Origin: Candidatus Krumholzibacteriota bacterium
GTDB lineage: Bacteria; Krumholzibacteriota; Krumholzibacteriia; JAJRXK01
DNA length: 64,000 bases
Assembly: GCA_963764625.1 (NCBI GenBank)
Contig: CAVXTH010000009.1
Span: 192,001-256,000, forward strand
Direction: 5' to 3'
Positions 1 through 10,562 of the stretch are shown piece after piece. The first letter of the stretch is position 1; each line of letters opens with the position of its first letter. The notes under the pieces are model-generated. The model was given only the letters and a program-made list of their open reading frames with translations, did no database searches and was not told the origin of the DNA. Made by a program: the position numbers and the translations under genes.

Positions 1-692
1 ACGCGCACGGGGCCATCATCTTCGAAGGGATGGATCCTCAACAGTACGCCGAGTACGTGGCCGAGGAAGTGCGTCCCTGGTCGTACATGAAGTTCCCGTT
101 CATTCGTTCCCTGGGTCCCCGCAGGGGTTGGTACCGGGTGGGTCCCTTGGCGAGGATGAATCTCTGTCAGCGAATGGGGACACCCGAAGCGGATGTGGCC
201 CGGGAAGAGTTCATGGGCATCACGGCCGGCAAGCCCAACAATCTGACCCTGGCCTATCATTGGGCGCGAATGATCGAACTCTTGCACTGCATCGAGAAGA
301 TCCGTGAACTCCTGAACGATCCCGATCTGCAGGGGGAGGATCTAGTGGTGAAGGGCGAGTTTCGCGGAGAGGGAGTGGCCATCATCGAGGCGCCTCGCGG
401 GACCCTCTTCCATCACTACAAAGTGGATGAAAACGACCAGGTGACGATGGCCAATCTCATCGTCTCGACCACTTCCAACAACGAGGCCATGAACCGGGCC
501 GTTTCGGACGTGGCGGAGACCTACCTCACGGGTAAGAAGATCGACGAGGGGTTGCTCAACCACATCGAAGTGGCCATTCGCGCCTACGATCCTTGCCTCT
601 CCTGCGCCACGCATGCCCTGGGGCAGATGCCTCTCGTCGTCGAACTCGTCGACGCCCAAGGAAACGTCGTTGCCCGACGCGGGAAGGGGTGA
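1..692 (+). CDS. hoxH: [NiFe]-hydrogenase large subunit, group 3d/HoxH-like (5'-truncated by window edge)
   Basis: EAPRGTLFHHY and L2 motif AIRAYDPCLSCATH followed by a 25-aa extension starting ALGQMPL, as in bidirectional HoxH; frame open from position 3. Confidence 0.92.
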   Translation, partial: AHGAIIFEGMDPQQYAEYVAEEVRPWSYMKFPFIRSLGPRRGWYRVGPLARMNLCQRMGTPEADVAREEFMGITAGKPNNLTLAYHWARMIELLHCIEKIRELLNDPDLQGEDLVVKGEFRGEGVAIIEAPRGTLFHHYKVDENDQVTMANLIVSTTSNNEAMNRAVSDVAETYLTGKKIDEGLLNHIEVAIRAYDPCLSCATHALGQMPLVVELVDAQGNVVARRGKG

Positions 693-695
693 GTC

Positions 696-1193
696 ATGAA
701 CTCGACACGACCCTATTTGCTCTATGCTTACGGCAATCCGGGTCGTCTCGATGATGGGCTGGGGCCGGCGTGTTTCAGGACCTTCGAGGCTCTCGCCCTG
801 CCCAATCTTACGCTCGAATGTGACTATCAACTGACGATAGAAGATGCCTGGATCGTCGCCCGGCACGAACTCGTGGTTTTCGTGGATGCCTCGGTGGATG
901 CGCCGCCGCCCTTCACTCTGGTGGAAGTGAAGCCGGCGAAGACGGCACAGTTCTCTTCGCACATGTGTGATGCCGCCACCGTACTCGCGACGGCGCGAGA
1001 GGCGCTCGGCGCCATCCCCCGGGCCTTTCTTCTCGGCATCAGGGGGTATGAATTCAATGCCTACGGGGAGCGGCTTTCGACCGCGGCCCAAGAGAACCTC
1101 GATGCAGCCGTTGAGTTCTTGCGCCAAGTCTTCGAGGGTGGCGGCCTCGAACAGCTTCTCGACGCCACGCCAGCGGGAATGGAGAGGGAATGA
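696..1193 (+). CDS. hoxW: Hydrogenase maturation protease
   Basis: YGNPGRLDDGLG, VVFVDAS and SSH motifs; directly downstream of the large subunit. Confidence 0.88.
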   Translation: MNSTRPYLLYAYGNPGRLDDGLGPACFRTFEALALPNLTLECDYQLTIEDAWIVARHELVVFVDASVDAPPPFTLVEVKPAKTAQFSSHMCDAATVLATAREALGAIPRAFLLGIRGYEFNAYGERLSTAAQENLDAAVEFLRQVFEGGGLEQLLDATPAGMERE

Positions 1194-1894
1194 ACGAACA
1201 ACTCCTTCCTCTGTGCGCGGTGGCCGCCGGGATCGCATTGCTGCACACGCTCACCGGTCCCGATCACTATCTTCCGTTCATCGTGATCGGACGCGCCAAG
1301 TCTTGGTCTCTCTCGCGAACTCTGGGTCTTACTGCGCTGTGTGGACTCGGGCACGTGGGTAGTTCGGTCCTCTTGGGAACCCTGGGGATCGCCTGCGGAC
1401 TTTCGATCTTCAAACTCACGGCGGCCGAGTCCTCTCGAGGCGAGCTGGCCGCGTGGCTTCTGTTCATCTTCGGCTGCACTTATACCGCGGTGGCTTTCTT
1501 TCGTTTGCTCAAGTCGCGTACCCATACGCATTCGCATCTGCACGCCGATGGCACGCAGCACACGCATTCGCACGGCCACTCGGGAGCTCACGTGCACGCG
1601 CATCAAGCCAAAGGTCTCACGCCGTGGATCCTCTTCACCATTTTCGTCTTCGGGCCCTGCGAGCCCTTGATTCCGCTGGTGATGGTTCCCGCGGCGCGAG
1701 CCAACGGAACCATCTTGGCTCTGGTCATTGTGGTTTTCTCTCTGGTGACGATCGGCACCATGCTGGTCGCCGTCGCCTCCATCTCGGCCGGCCTGCGCGT
1801 CTTCCCCACGCAAGCACTGCACCGCTATGCGCAGCTGCTGGCGGGAGTGACGCTGAGTCTATGTGGTGGCGGAATGCTGTTTCTGGGTTGGTGA
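1190..1894 (+). CDS. His-rich nickel/cobalt transporter-like membrane protein (UreH/NiCoT-like)
   Basis: LHTLTGPDHY motif in TM1, several TM helices, loop HTHSHLHADGTQHTHSHGHSGAHVHAH; ATGA overlap with hoxW. Confidence 0.78.
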   Translation: MNEQLLPLCAVAAGIALLHTLTGPDHYLPFIVIGRAKSWSLSRTLGLTALCGLGHVGSSVLLGTLGIACGLSIFKLTAAESSRGELAAWLLFIFGCTYTAVAFFRLLKSRTHTHSHLHADGTQHTHSHGHSGAHVHAHQAKGLTPWILFTIFVFGPCEPLIPLVMVPAARANGTILALVIVVFSLVTIGTMLVAVASISAGLRVFPTQALHRYAQLLAGVTLSLCGGGMLFLGW

Positions 1895-1898
1895 CGCG

Positions 1899-4193
1899 AT
1901 GAAACCCGAGACCGTTTGCGCGCAACGACTGCACCTGGAAGTGAGAGGCCGGGTGCAGGGCGTGGGCTTTCGCCCGTTCGTGGTACGCCTTGCTCGCGCC
2001 TTGGATTTGCGTGGTTTCGTGGGGAACGATTCCAAGGGCGTGTTCATCGAGATCGAGGGGCTTCTTGCCGACCTCGATTCTTTCCGGCAGCAGCTCTTCC
2101 GTGAGCTTCCTCCTCTGGCGCACATCACGAACATGGAGGTTCAGCCGCTTCCCTCTCTGGATGTACCCGGCTTTGTGGTCGCCGATTCGGTTCGACTCGA
2201 GGAGCAGGAAATCGAAATTACTCCCGACGCGGCGCTTTGCTCGGACTGTCTTTCGGAGTGTCTCGATCCGCGGAATCGGCGCTTCGGGTACGCCTTTACC
2301 AATTGCACCAACTGCGGCCCCCGCTACAGCATCATCCAGGAAGTTCCCTACGACCGCGAACACACCACCATGTCCGGATTCGCGATGTGTTCGCGCTGTC
2401 AGGCCGAGTATGACGATCCCACCAACCGAAGGTATCACGCCCAGCCCAATGCCTGTCCGGAGTGCGGCCCCCGACTCTGGCTGAGCGACACCGAAGGCAA
2501 TGAATTGCCCACTGAGGATCCCCTGGAGCGGGCCGCCAGTTGGCTAAAAGAGGGGAAGATCCTCGCGGTGAAGGGGCTGGGGGGCTTTCATCTAGCATGC
2601 CGGGCGGACGACGAGGATGTCGTAAGACGGCTGCGCAATCGCAAGGGTCGTGACGCAAAACCGCTGGCGGTCATGGTCAAAGACCTCGAGGCCGCGCGCC
2701 GATGTGCTGCGCTCGATCCGCTGGACGAGCGCAGATTGGCCTCGGTTTCGGCTCCCATTCTCTTGCTTCTGAGAAAGAGCGGGGCACCGATCGCATCCGG
2801 AGTGTGCGGCTCGAGCGATCTCGTCGGTCTGATGCTGCCTTACACTCCTCTGCACCGACTGCTTCTGGAGCATCTCTCGGTAGCTCTCGTCATGACCTCC
2901 GCCAACCCGACGAACGAGCCTCTGTGTTCCACCAATGAGGAGGCACTTCACAGACTCTCGCGGACCGTCGACGCGTTCCTGTTGCACGACCGACCCATCC
3001 AACGGGCGATCGACGATTCGGTTCTTCTCTCACACGGCCCCGCGAAGCCGACTCTCGTGCGCCGCGCCCGCGGGTTCGTGCCGGATCCCATCACGTGTTC
3101 TCGCCGCGCGAAAAGGCCCGTCATGGCCTTCGGGGGCGATCTCAAGGCGACGGTATGCGTTCTCAAGGACCGCAGCGCCGTGGTCTCCGAGCACATTGGG
3201 GACCTCGAGAATCCCCGCGCTTTCCGGAGGTTCCTGGATGCGGGGATTCGGATTCGGGAGCTCTTGCGGGTCGACCCTGAGCTCTTTGCGTGCGACATGC
3301 ATCCCCTCTACCACAGCTCCGTCCACGCGCGTTCTCTCGGAGTGGACCTGGTCGAGGTGCAACATCATCACGCGCACGCAGTGTCCTGCATGGCCGAGAA
3401 TCATCTCGACGAACCGGTTCTGGGGCTCATTTGCGACGGAACCGGATACGGAACCGACGGAAGTATCTGGGGGGGAGAGGTTCTCCTCACGCGCTACGAG
3501 GATTTCGAACGCGTGGCGCACCTGACTCCACTTCCTCTGTTCGGCGGCGACGCGGCCGCTTTGGAGCCCTGGCGTTGCGCTGCGGCCCTCTTGTACTCGG
3601 CCCACAAAGAGCGATGGAGCTCGGCCCTGCCGCCGTGGGTTCGACTGCCGGATCCGATGCTGGCGCAAGTAGCGACGAAGCAGCTTCAAAGTGGAAGGGC
3701 AACCGTGCCGTGCTCGAGTTTGGGGCGGCTCTTCGACGCGGCGGCGTATCTCTTGGGGGTGTGTGATCGCAATCGCTACGAGGGGGAGGCCGCGATGGCT
3801 CTCGAGGGCAAAGCGCGCGAGGCGACGGGTCGGATCAAGACGAGCCCCCGGGTCCAGAAGAACGAGAAGGGTCTGTGGGAGATGGACGGGGTGCACCTCG
3901 TACTGGAGCTTTTGCAGGAGTTGGAGAACGGGGCGAGCCGCGAAAGCTGCGCGGCCGCCTTCCATCGGGGAGTCTGCGAACTCTTCGCGGAGGCCGCCCG
4001 GATCAGCGCGCGCCATTTTGGCGTGCGGAAAGTCGTGCTCTCGGGAGGCTGTTTCCTCAACCGCATTCTGCTGCGCGAACTCGTGGATGAGCTGAAGGCC
4101 TCCGATTTGGAAGTCTATCAGCATCGCCAGCTTCCTCCCGGGGACGGAGGCTTGTCGTTCGGGCAGGCACTCGTGGCCTCGGCGAGGGCCTAA
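1899..4193 (+). CDS. hypF: Carbamoyltransferase HypF
   Basis: GRVQGVGFRP acylphosphatase domain, CxxC zinc fingers, KGLGGFHLAC, QHHHAH, PPGDGGLSFGQ. Confidence 0.97.
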   Translation: MKPETVCAQRLHLEVRGRVQGVGFRPFVVRLARALDLRGFVGNDSKGVFIEIEGLLADLDSFRQQLFRELPPLAHITNMEVQPLPSLDVPGFVVADSVRLEEQEIEITPDAALCSDCLSECLDPRNRRFGYAFTNCTNCGPRYSIIQEVPYDREHTTMSGFAMCSRCQAEYDDPTNRRYHAQPNACPECGPRLWLSDTEGNELPTEDPLERAASWLKEGKILAVKGLGGFHLACRADDEDVVRRLRNRKGRDAKPLAVMVKDLEAARRCAALDPLDERRLASVSAPILLLLRKSGAPIASGVCGSSDLVGLMLPYTPLHRLLLEHLSVALVMTSANPTNEPLCSTNEEALHRLSRTVDAFLLHDRPIQRAIDDSVLLSHGPAKPTLVRRARGFVPDPITCSRRAKRPVMAFGGDLKATVCVLKDRSAVVSEHIGDLENPRAFRRFLDAGIRIRELLRVDPELFACDMHPLYHSSVHARSLGVDLVEVQHHHAHAVSCMAENHLDEPVLGLICDGTGYGTDGSIWGGEVLLTRYEDFERVAHLTPLPLFGGDAAALEPWRCAAALLYSAHKERWSSALPPWVRLPDPMLAQVATKQLQSGRATVPCSSLGRLFDAAAYLLGVCDRNRYEGEAAMALEGKAREATGRIKTSPRVQKNEKGLWEMDGVHLVLELLQELENGASRESCAAAFHRGVCELFAEAARISARHFGVRKVVLSGGCFLNRILLRELVDELKASDLEVYQHRQLPPGDGGLSFGQALVASARA

Positions 4194-4204
4194 GGGGAGT
4201 TCTC

Positions 4205-4471
4205 ATGTGTCTGGCCGTGCCGGGAAGAATCGTCTCCATTCGCGAGGATTCACGCTTCGCGGTGGGTCACGAGGGGGTCGTCGACTTTCAGGGAACCACG
4301 GTCGAAGTCTCCCTGGCGCTGGTTCCTCACGCGCGGGTGGGTTCGTGGGTCCTGGTGCACGCGGGGATGGTTCTGGAAGAGCTCGATGAAGTCGAGGCCC
4401 GCCAGACCTGGGATTACTTGCGTCAGGCCGGCGCCCTGCGGAGCGCGGGTCCCGCCGGAGAACCAGAATGA
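4205..4471 (+). CDS. hypC: Hydrogenase chaperone HypC
   Basis: N-terminal MCLAVPG and WVLVHAG; RBS GGGGAG upstream. Confidence 0.97.
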   Translation: MCLAVPGRIVSIREDSRFAVGHEGVVDFQGTTVEVSLALVPHARVGSWVLVHAGMVLEELDEVEARQTWDYLRQAGALRSAGPAGEPE

Positions 4472-5535
4472 GAACGCCGTTCGCCATCGCCGCCTCCATC
4501 CAAAAGCTCATGAAAGGCCAGCGCGAACTGAGATTCATGGAGATCTGCGGCACCCATACCGTTTCTCTATTTCGAAGCGGCGTGAAGTCACTTCTGCATC
4601 CATCGATCCGCCTGGTTTCGGGTCCGGGCTGTCCGGTGTGCGTGACGCCTCAGGGGTATCTCGATGCTGCGTGCGAACTCGCGCTCGAGAGACGGGCGAC
4701 CATTCTCAGCTACGGAGACATGGTGCGGGTTCCCGGGAGCAAGGTCTCCCTCGATCAGGCCCGCAGCTTGGGCGCCCGGGTGGAAGTGGTGTATTCGGCA
4801 CGCGCGGCCCTTCGCTACGCCGCGGAACATCCCCGAGAAGAGGTTGTCTTTCTGGCGGTTGGATTCGAGACCACCATTCCCGCCTCGGCGGTAACGGTGC
4901 TGGAGGCGAGGAACGCCGGTCTGAAGAACCTCTCACTCCTGGTGGGTCACAAGACGGTGCTTCCCGCCATGCGCGCTCTGCTCGCCGACGGAAGCGCCCC
5001 TTTGGATGGCTTCCTCTGTCCGGGACACGTCAGCGTCATCATCGGGACCCGCGTCTACGAGCCCATCGTCAGAGATCATGCGAGAGGATGCGTGGTGGCC
5101 GGATTCGAGGCGGAGAGCATGCTGAACGCCATCGAGCGCCTGGTCACGATGGCGCTCGTGGAATCTCCCGCGGTCGCGAATTGCTATCCGGTCGCGGTGC
5201 GCTCCGAAGGGAACCCACGAGCCCTTGCGCTCATTGCGGGGGTCTTCGACACGGTCGACTCCACCTGGCGAGCCATGGGGACGATTCCCAGTTCGGGTCT
5301 TGGGCTGCGCGAGGAATTTGCCGAATTCGATGCGGCGCGGCGCTTCGATCTAAGAGTCGACGCAGACTCTCATCCCGCCGGGTGCCGCTGCGGCGAAATG
5401 ATCCAGGGGAAGATCACGCCGGACCAGTGTTCCCTCTTTCGCTCGCGTTGCACTCCAGTGTCTCCGGTGGGACCGTGCATGGTGTCCTCGGAGGGGAGTT
5501 GCGCCGCCTGGTACAAGTACGCGGAGCTGGTATGA
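4468..5535 (+). CDS. hypD: Hydrogenase maturation protein HypD
   Basis: MEICGTH, GPGCPVC, GFETT, PGHVS, GPCMVSSEGSCAA. Confidence 0.97.
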   Translation: MRTPFAIAASIQKLMKGQRELRFMEICGTHTVSLFRSGVKSLLHPSIRLVSGPGCPVCVTPQGYLDAACELALERRATILSYGDMVRVPGSKVSLDQARSLGARVEVVYSARAALRYAAEHPREEVVFLAVGFETTIPASAVTVLEARNAGLKNLSLLVGHKTVLPAMRALLADGSAPLDGFLCPGHVSVIIGTRVYEPIVRDHARGCVVAGFEAESMLNAIERLVTMALVESPAVANCYPVAVRSEGNPRALALIAGVFDTVDSTWRAMGTIPSSGLGLREEFAEFDAARRFDLRVDADSHPAGCRCGEMIQGKITPDQCSLFRSRCTPVSPVGPCMVSSEGSCAAWYKYAELV

Positions 5536-6542
5536 ACGAAGAACGCATTCGGCTGGCCCATGGGGGTGGTGGCGAGCTCACCAATCTCCTTCTGCGTCGC
5601 TGCATCGCTCCGGCGCTATCCAACCCCGTACTCGATCCCTTGACCGACGGGGCCCTGCTCGACTTGCCCCAGGGGAGAGTGTGCGTGACCACCGATGCCT
5701 CGGTGGTGCAGCCCCTCTTCTTCAATGGAGGCGACATCGGCCGGCTCTCGGTATGCGGTACGGTCAACGACTTGAGCGTGATGGGAGCCCGTCCTGTGGC
5801 GCTCACGCAAACGCTGATTCTCGAAGAGGGATTGCCGCTGACGACTCTCGATCGCGTAATGAAATCGATCGCCATCGCGGCGACGGAAGCCGGCGTCTTC
5901 GTCGCGAGCGGCGACACGAAAGTGGTCCAGCGTTCACGGGGAGATGGCATGTTCATCTCGACTTCGGGCATCGGCGTGGTCGAACACGAGTTGGCCCTCG
6001 AGCTGCGAGCGATTCGGGCCACGGACAAGATTCTGGTGAGTGGAACCATCGCCGACCACGGTCTGACGATCATGGCGGCGCGCGAGGGACTCGAACTTTC
6101 CACTCGTCTGCGCAGCGATGTGGCTCCGCTGCAGGGACTGTGCGCGACCCTGTGGGAACTGGGCTTCGAGCTGCGTTTCCTGCGCGATCCTACCCGTGGC
6201 GGACTGGCTGGAGTTCTGGCCGATCTCGCGCAAGGAAGCGGATTGGGCATTGAAGTGCACGAGTTGGACATTCCGCTGCGTCCTGAAGCTCGTCACGCGT
6301 CCGAATTGCTCGGCCTCGATCCGCTCGGCATCGCCAACGAGGGCAAAGTGGTGGTGGTCTGCAGCGCGGCAGCCGCGCCACGCGCACTGTCCCTGCTGCG
6401 GGCGCACCCACTGGGTCGCAACGCGGCGGTCATCGGCGAGTTCATCGTGGCGAAACCGCCCTTGGTGGAATTGATCACGAGGATCGAAGGAAGAAGGATC
6501 GTGACCCGTCCTCAGGGAGAAGAGCTGCCGCGGATCTGCTGA
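5532..6542 (+). CDS. hypE: Carbamoyl dehydratase HypE
   Basis: LAHGGGG, GTVNDL, GDTKVV, RDPTRGG, C-terminal PRIC; ATG overlaps hypD stop (ATGA). Confidence 0.97.
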   Translation: MNEERIRLAHGGGGELTNLLLRRCIAPALSNPVLDPLTDGALLDLPQGRVCVTTDASVVQPLFFNGGDIGRLSVCGTVNDLSVMGARPVALTQTLILEEGLPLTTLDRVMKSIAIAATEAGVFVASGDTKVVQRSRGDGMFISTSGIGVVEHELALELRAIRATDKILVSGTIADHGLTIMAAREGLELSTRLRSDVAPLQGLCATLWELGFELRFLRDPTRGGLAGVLADLAQGSGLGIEVHELDIPLRPEARHASELLGLDPLGIANEGKVVVVCSAAAAPRALSLLRAHPLGRNAAVIGEFIVAKPPLVELITRIEGRRIVTRPQGEELPRIC

Positions 6543-6572
6543 GTGAGCCGAGAGGGGAAAGCGAGGAGTAAG

Positions 6573-6920
6573 GTGCACGAAGCCGCGTTCGCCATCTCCC
6601 TGCTCGAGCAAGTGCTCGGGCAGGCCAGGATGCACTCGTTGGCGCGCGTCACCAGGGTGCGGGTCGACCTCGGAGTGCAGCGCCTGGTGGTTCCCGAGGC
6701 CCTGGCCCTCGCGTTCTCGGCCGCGAGCCAAGACACCGCGGCCCAAGACGCCGAGCTGCAACTGACGGAAGTAGCCCTCCGTGCCCGCTGTCGCTCTTGC
6801 GGAAGCGAGTACGCGGCGGAGGTCGACGATTACCAATGTCCCTTCTGCGGCCAGGCGGATGCCGAGCTGCTTGCCGGGCACGAGGTTGTGTTGATGTCCC
6901 TGGAAGGGGAGGAGGTCTGA
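6573..6920 (+). CDS. hypA: Nickel metallochaperone HypA
   Basis: GTG start gives (M)HE after RBS GAGGAG; CRSC and CPFC zinc motifs. Confidence 0.95.
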   Translation: MHEAAFAISLLEQVLGQARMHSLARVTRVRVDLGVQRLVVPEALALAFSAASQDTAAQDAELQLTEVALRARCRSCGSEYAAEVDDYQCPFCGQADAELLAGHEVVLMSLEGEEV

Positions 6921-6921
6921 G

Positions 6922-7629
6922 ATGACGACCGTGAGAGTGGTGCAGAGTGTCTTGAAGGCGAACGATGCCGTGGCTGCCGCCAATCGTCGCCGGATTCTGG
7001 AAGGCGGCGTCCTGGGATTGAACCTCATGAGTGCGCCCGGCTCGGGCAAGACGACGCTCCTACAAAAGACCATTCCCCTGCTCGAGAGTTCCTGCGCCGT
7101 GCTGGTAGGAGATCTGCAGACCACGCGCGATGCCGAGCGGCTCGAGGGAGTGGCCCGCCAAACGGTGCAGATCAACACGGGGAGGGGCTGTCACCTCTCG
7201 GCCACCGAGGTCGCGGACGGCCTGGACGCTCTCGATCTGAACGGCATCGAGTACCTCTTCATCGAAAACGTGGGAAACATGGTTTGTCCCGCCAGCCATG
7301 ATCTGGGCGAACATGCGCGCTGTGTCCTCTTGAGCGTACCGGAAGGCGACGACAAGGTGGCCAAGTACCCGACCCTCTTTCAGGCGGCCGACGTGATCCT
7401 GGTGAACAAGATCGATCTGATCGGGGTGCTCGAGTTCTCGCTCGAACGGGTCCGTGAAGATCTGGCGCAGGTCAATAGCTCAGCCCACCTTCTGTTGGTG
7501 TCGGCGCGAACCGGAATGGGGCTGGACCAGTGGAGGTCGTGGCTTCAGGAGCGCCGGGCAGCGCTTGCGGTCGGAGAAATCAACTCGCGTCCAACGCTTC
7601 CCGTAGGACACGAAGATGCGCCTCGGTGA
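6922..7629 (+). CDS. hypB: Nickel-insertion GTPase HypB
   Basis: [32 protein letters not shown]. Confidence 0.97.
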   Translation: MTTVRVVQSVLKANDAVAAANRRRILEGGVLGLNLMSAPGSGKTTLLQKTIPLLESSCAVLVGDLQTTRDAERLEGVARQTVQINTGRGCHLSATEVADGLDALDLNGIEYLFIENVGNMVCPASHDLGEHARCVLLSVPEGDDKVAKYPTLFQAADVILVNKIDLIGVLEFSLERVREDLAQVNSSAHLLLVSARTGMGLDQWRSWLQERRAALAVGEINSRPTLPVGHEDAPR

Positions 7630-8089
7630 ACCCGACCAACAAGACCCTCTGGGGCAACTCGTTGTCGCGCAGCTCGGCGCGAACCGTCCGAACCGCGATG
7701 CGCGAGGCAGCTCTGGCTGGATACCCGTACACTCCACAGCTGATCATGGGGAATGCCACCGAACGCGCGCCCGCCTCTCTCGCCAGCCGCAGACTCTTCC
7801 GGTAGCAGCTCTCCAGTCGCTCCGCCTCGTGGGCCTTGCCTCCTTGGTACACCGGACCCACGGTGTGGATCACCCAGTTCGCCGGCAGCTGATAGCCACC
7901 GGTGATTCGCGCCTCCCCGGTGGGACAGCCCCCCAGACCACGACATTCTTCCAGTAGTTTGGGTCCGGCGGCCCGGTGGATGGCGCCGTCGACCCCACCG
8001 CCTCCCAGCAGGCTCGTGTTGGCCGCATTCACGATCGCATCCACCGCCAGGGTGGTGATATCCCCTTGCAGAATCGCGATCCGATCCAT
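7580..8089 (-). CDS. Macrodomain O-acetyl-ADP-ribose deacetylase (YmdB-like)
   Basis: GDIT, [24 protein letters not shown], HTVGP, [13 protein letters not shown]. Confidence 0.93.
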   Translation of the reverse strand: MDRIAILQGDITTLAVDAIVNAANTSLLGGGGVDGAIHRAAGPKLLEECRGLGGCPTGEARITGGYQLPANWVIHTVGPVYQGGKAHEAERLESCYRKSLRLAREAGARSVAFPMISCGVYGYPARAASRIAVRTVRAELRDNELPQRVLLVGFTEAHLRVLREALDAS

Positions 8090-8175
8090 GGTGTTCCCCT
8101 TTCGCACTTGCTTTGACTATAATAAGGACCAGATTGAGCCGACCAAGACCCTGGAGATGGAGTGCGATGATTTCG

Positions 8176-9124
8176 ATGCGCAGAATGGCCCTCGTCGTGG
8201 GCGCAGCGGTGCTGATCCTGAGCTTCGTAGGCTGTAGCCAGAAAGAGCCCATCACCCCGGTGGCTCCCCCGCCCGGGGGAAATGACCTCTTCCCTGGCCT
8301 GTCATTCGGAGACGACACGAGCTTCGACATCGTCACCTGGAATATCAAGACCTTCCCCAAGGGGCCCAGCCAGCGGCCTCACTACCTGGCCAAGGCCCTG
8401 AGCGCGCTCGACGTCGACGTGGCGGCTCTCCAGGAAATCGGGAGCGCGAGCGGCCTTCCAGCAGGTGCTCAGCGAGATGGACGGGTACGACGGCCACCTC
8501 TCTTCGAGCGCGGCCTACGACGTCAACCTGGCCATCATCTACAAGACCTCGACCGTGACGAACGTGAGCTTCGAGGAGATCTTCACCTCCGATTGGAACC
8601 CCTTCCCACGCAGCCCCTTGGTGATGCACTGCGATTTTCAGGGTACCCCGCTCGTGATCATCGACAATCACTTGAAGTGTTGCGGGGACGGCACCATCGA
8701 TTCCTCGAGCCATGATGACGAGGAGTACCGCCGGCAACGGGCCTGTGAGATGCTGGCCGGCTACATCAACGACAACCTGCCCAACGATCGCGTGATCGTT
8801 CTGGGCGATTTCAACGACAGCCTCACCGATCCGGTTCAGAACAACGTCTTCGAGGCCTTCCTCGACGATTCGACGCACTTCACGTTCTCGGACATGGCCA
8901 TTGCCGAGGGACCGAGCACCGGCTGGTCATGGATCTTCTCCAGCTCGTATGGGCCCTCTCACTTCGATCACATCCTCATCACCGACGAGCTCTTCGGCGC
9001 CTTCGCCAAGAGTTCCACCGATGTGGAGACGCTGCGTCCGGACAAGGCTCTGTCGGGTGGCCGGAGCGAGTATACGCAGTACTTGAGCGACCATCTGCCG
9101 GTGGGCATGCGCATCGCCTTCTGA
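8176..9124 (+). CDS. Endonuclease/exonuclease/phosphatase (EEP) family lipoprotein, split by +1 frameshift near 8455
   Basis: Lipobox FVGC; TWNI and ALQEI in frame of 8113 ORF; NHLK, LGDFND, DHI, SDHLPV in frame of 8465 ORF. Confidence 0.82.
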
Positions 9125-9148
9125 TTCGGCTTCAGGCTAACTCGACCG

Positions 9149-10132
9149 TCACACCCGCACACCACGGCGCAAGAGCGCGGCTCTCACCAGCTGCCGCGTG
9201 AAGCCCTCGTGTCCCGCCGGGTCTTGGGCGAGGCAGAGGTCGGCGCTTCCCGCGTCGGTGGCGGGATAGTAGACGCCGCAGTTGGGATTGATCTCGAGCA
9301 TGAAGGGAATCCCCTGCGCGTCGACGCGGAGGTCGCAACGACCGAAGCTCGCGCCCTTCAGCGCGACGAAGAACCGCGCCGAGACATCGCGCAACCGGGC
9401 TTCCAGCACCGGTTCGGTCACCGGAAACGAAGTGAGCTTGTCGTAGTCGACCCACTTCATCTTCTCGTGTTTGAAACTCTCTCCCTGCGGAAAGCGGTAC
9501 TGCATCGGCGTGTAGGTGGTGGGTCGCAGGGGATCATCCGGATTTTCCGCCACCAGAACGGTGCATTCGATTCCGTCGACGTACTCCTCGATGAGAGCAG
9601 CTCCGTGCCGTGAGATGATCTTGCGGGCTTGCCGCCGCAAACCGGCCGGGGACTTGACCCGTGATGCGCGACTCAAATCGACGCTGGCGTAACTGCTATA
9701 GTGTTTGACGAAGAGGGGAAAGGAGAGGGTGCGGGCGGCGAGTTCGACCTCCTCCTCGCTTCTGGCGATGAGGTACGCGGGGGTGGCGATCCCCTCGCGC
9801 CGGCAGGCATCCTTCATCGCCTCGCGCGAGGGTTCATAGAATTCCGAGGTCGCACCGGTGAAGGGCACCCCCGCTTCCTCCAGGACTCGCACCACCTCGA
9901 TCCCGGGCACATCCTGGTCGGCGGCGCCGTCGCAGAGGTTGAAGAAGAGATCGAAGCCGTTGCGCACCAAGTGCGTCACCTGGCTGATAGAGGTGCTCTT
10001 CCTCAGAGTCGCCACCGTCCAGGCGGCTTCGGGCAGAAAGGGACGCGGATCGCAGGGCCAGTCGTCGTCCGGAAAGGGGTCGGCGTCGAGTTCCTGAGTG
10101 GTGAGGAGGCATATCCGCAACGGCTCCGGCAT
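9149..10132 (-). CDS. D-Ala-D-Ala ligase-like ATP-grasp protein (non-canonical)
   Basis: FNLCDG, VPFTGA, FPLFVK, IEEYVDGIE, GRCDLR, LEINPNCG. Confidence 0.82.
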   Translation of the reverse strand: MPEPLRICLLTTQELDADPFPDDDWPCDPRPFLPEAAWTVATLRKSTSISQVTHLVRNGFDLFFNLCDGAADQDVPGIEVVRVLEEAGVPFTGATSEFYEPSREAMKDACRREGIATPAYLIARSEEEVELAARTLSFPLFVKHYSSYASVDLSRASRVKSPAGLRRQARKIISRHGAALIEEYVDGIECTVLVAENPDDPLRPTTYTPMQYRFPQGESFKHEKMKWVDYDKLTSFPVTEPVLEARLRDVSARFFVALKGASFGRCDLRVDAQGIPFMLEINPNCGVYYPATDAGSADLCLAQDPAGHEGFTRQLVRAALLRRGVRV

Positions 10133-10133
10133 C

Positions 10134-10562
10134 CTAGGACTCCAGCCATCGGGATGAATCAAGCTCGGGCGGAAGGGGGCAGCTCGAATAGGGAGAAAAC
10201 CAGGAGTACCGGTGACGGGCCACGAAGGAATAGAGTTGGTCACGAAAGCATCGGGGAAAGACTCGTCCGAAGCGCAAGATTCTCCATACTCCTGACAGTT
10301 CGGCGAAGACGGCCAAGACCGCATCCGATCGGATCCTGGCTCGACCATCGACGATGACCACGATAGTATCCGTGGGTGGGGCGGGTGGATCAAGCTCGGA
10401 AAGCACTCGCCGCGCGGCCGCCGACTGCAGGGGAGCAAAGCGAAAGACCTCGCGCCGGTCGTGCCGAAGCACCCAGCGCACCCAACCGTTGCACAGGGCA
10501 CACAGGCCGTCGTAAAGAATCAGTGGATCGCGCGGATGGGAGGAAGAGACCTCGCTCTTCAC
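10134..10562 (-). CDS. DCC-family thiol-disulfide oxidoreductase (DUF393/YuxK-like)
   Basis: LYDGLCALCN, FAPLQS, RSDA, RDxLYxFVARHRY; GTGA overlap with upstream gene. Confidence 0.88.
   Translation of the reverse strand: MKSEVSSSHPRDPLILYDGLCALCNGWVRWVLRHDRREVFRFAPLQSAAARRVLSELDPPAPPTDTIVVIVDGRARIRSDAVLAVFAELSGVWRILRFGRVFPRCFRDQLYSFVARHRYSWFSPYSSCPLPPELDSSRWLES

Noticed and set aside
586-612. Possible [NiFeSe] hydrogenase
   Set aside because: The DPCLSC motif uses TGC codons; no in-frame TGA
4386-5531. 718-aa ORF suggesting a HypE fusion
   Set aside because: The N-terminal part is an Arg-rich off-frame shadow of hypD; HypE starts at 5532 with an ATGA overlap
7580-8089. Macrodomain as part of an anti-phage or toxin-antitoxin system
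   Set aside because: Stand-alone YmdB-like protein with no adjacent ADP-ribosyltransferase or sirtuin; the 50-bp tail overlap with hypB is unremarkable
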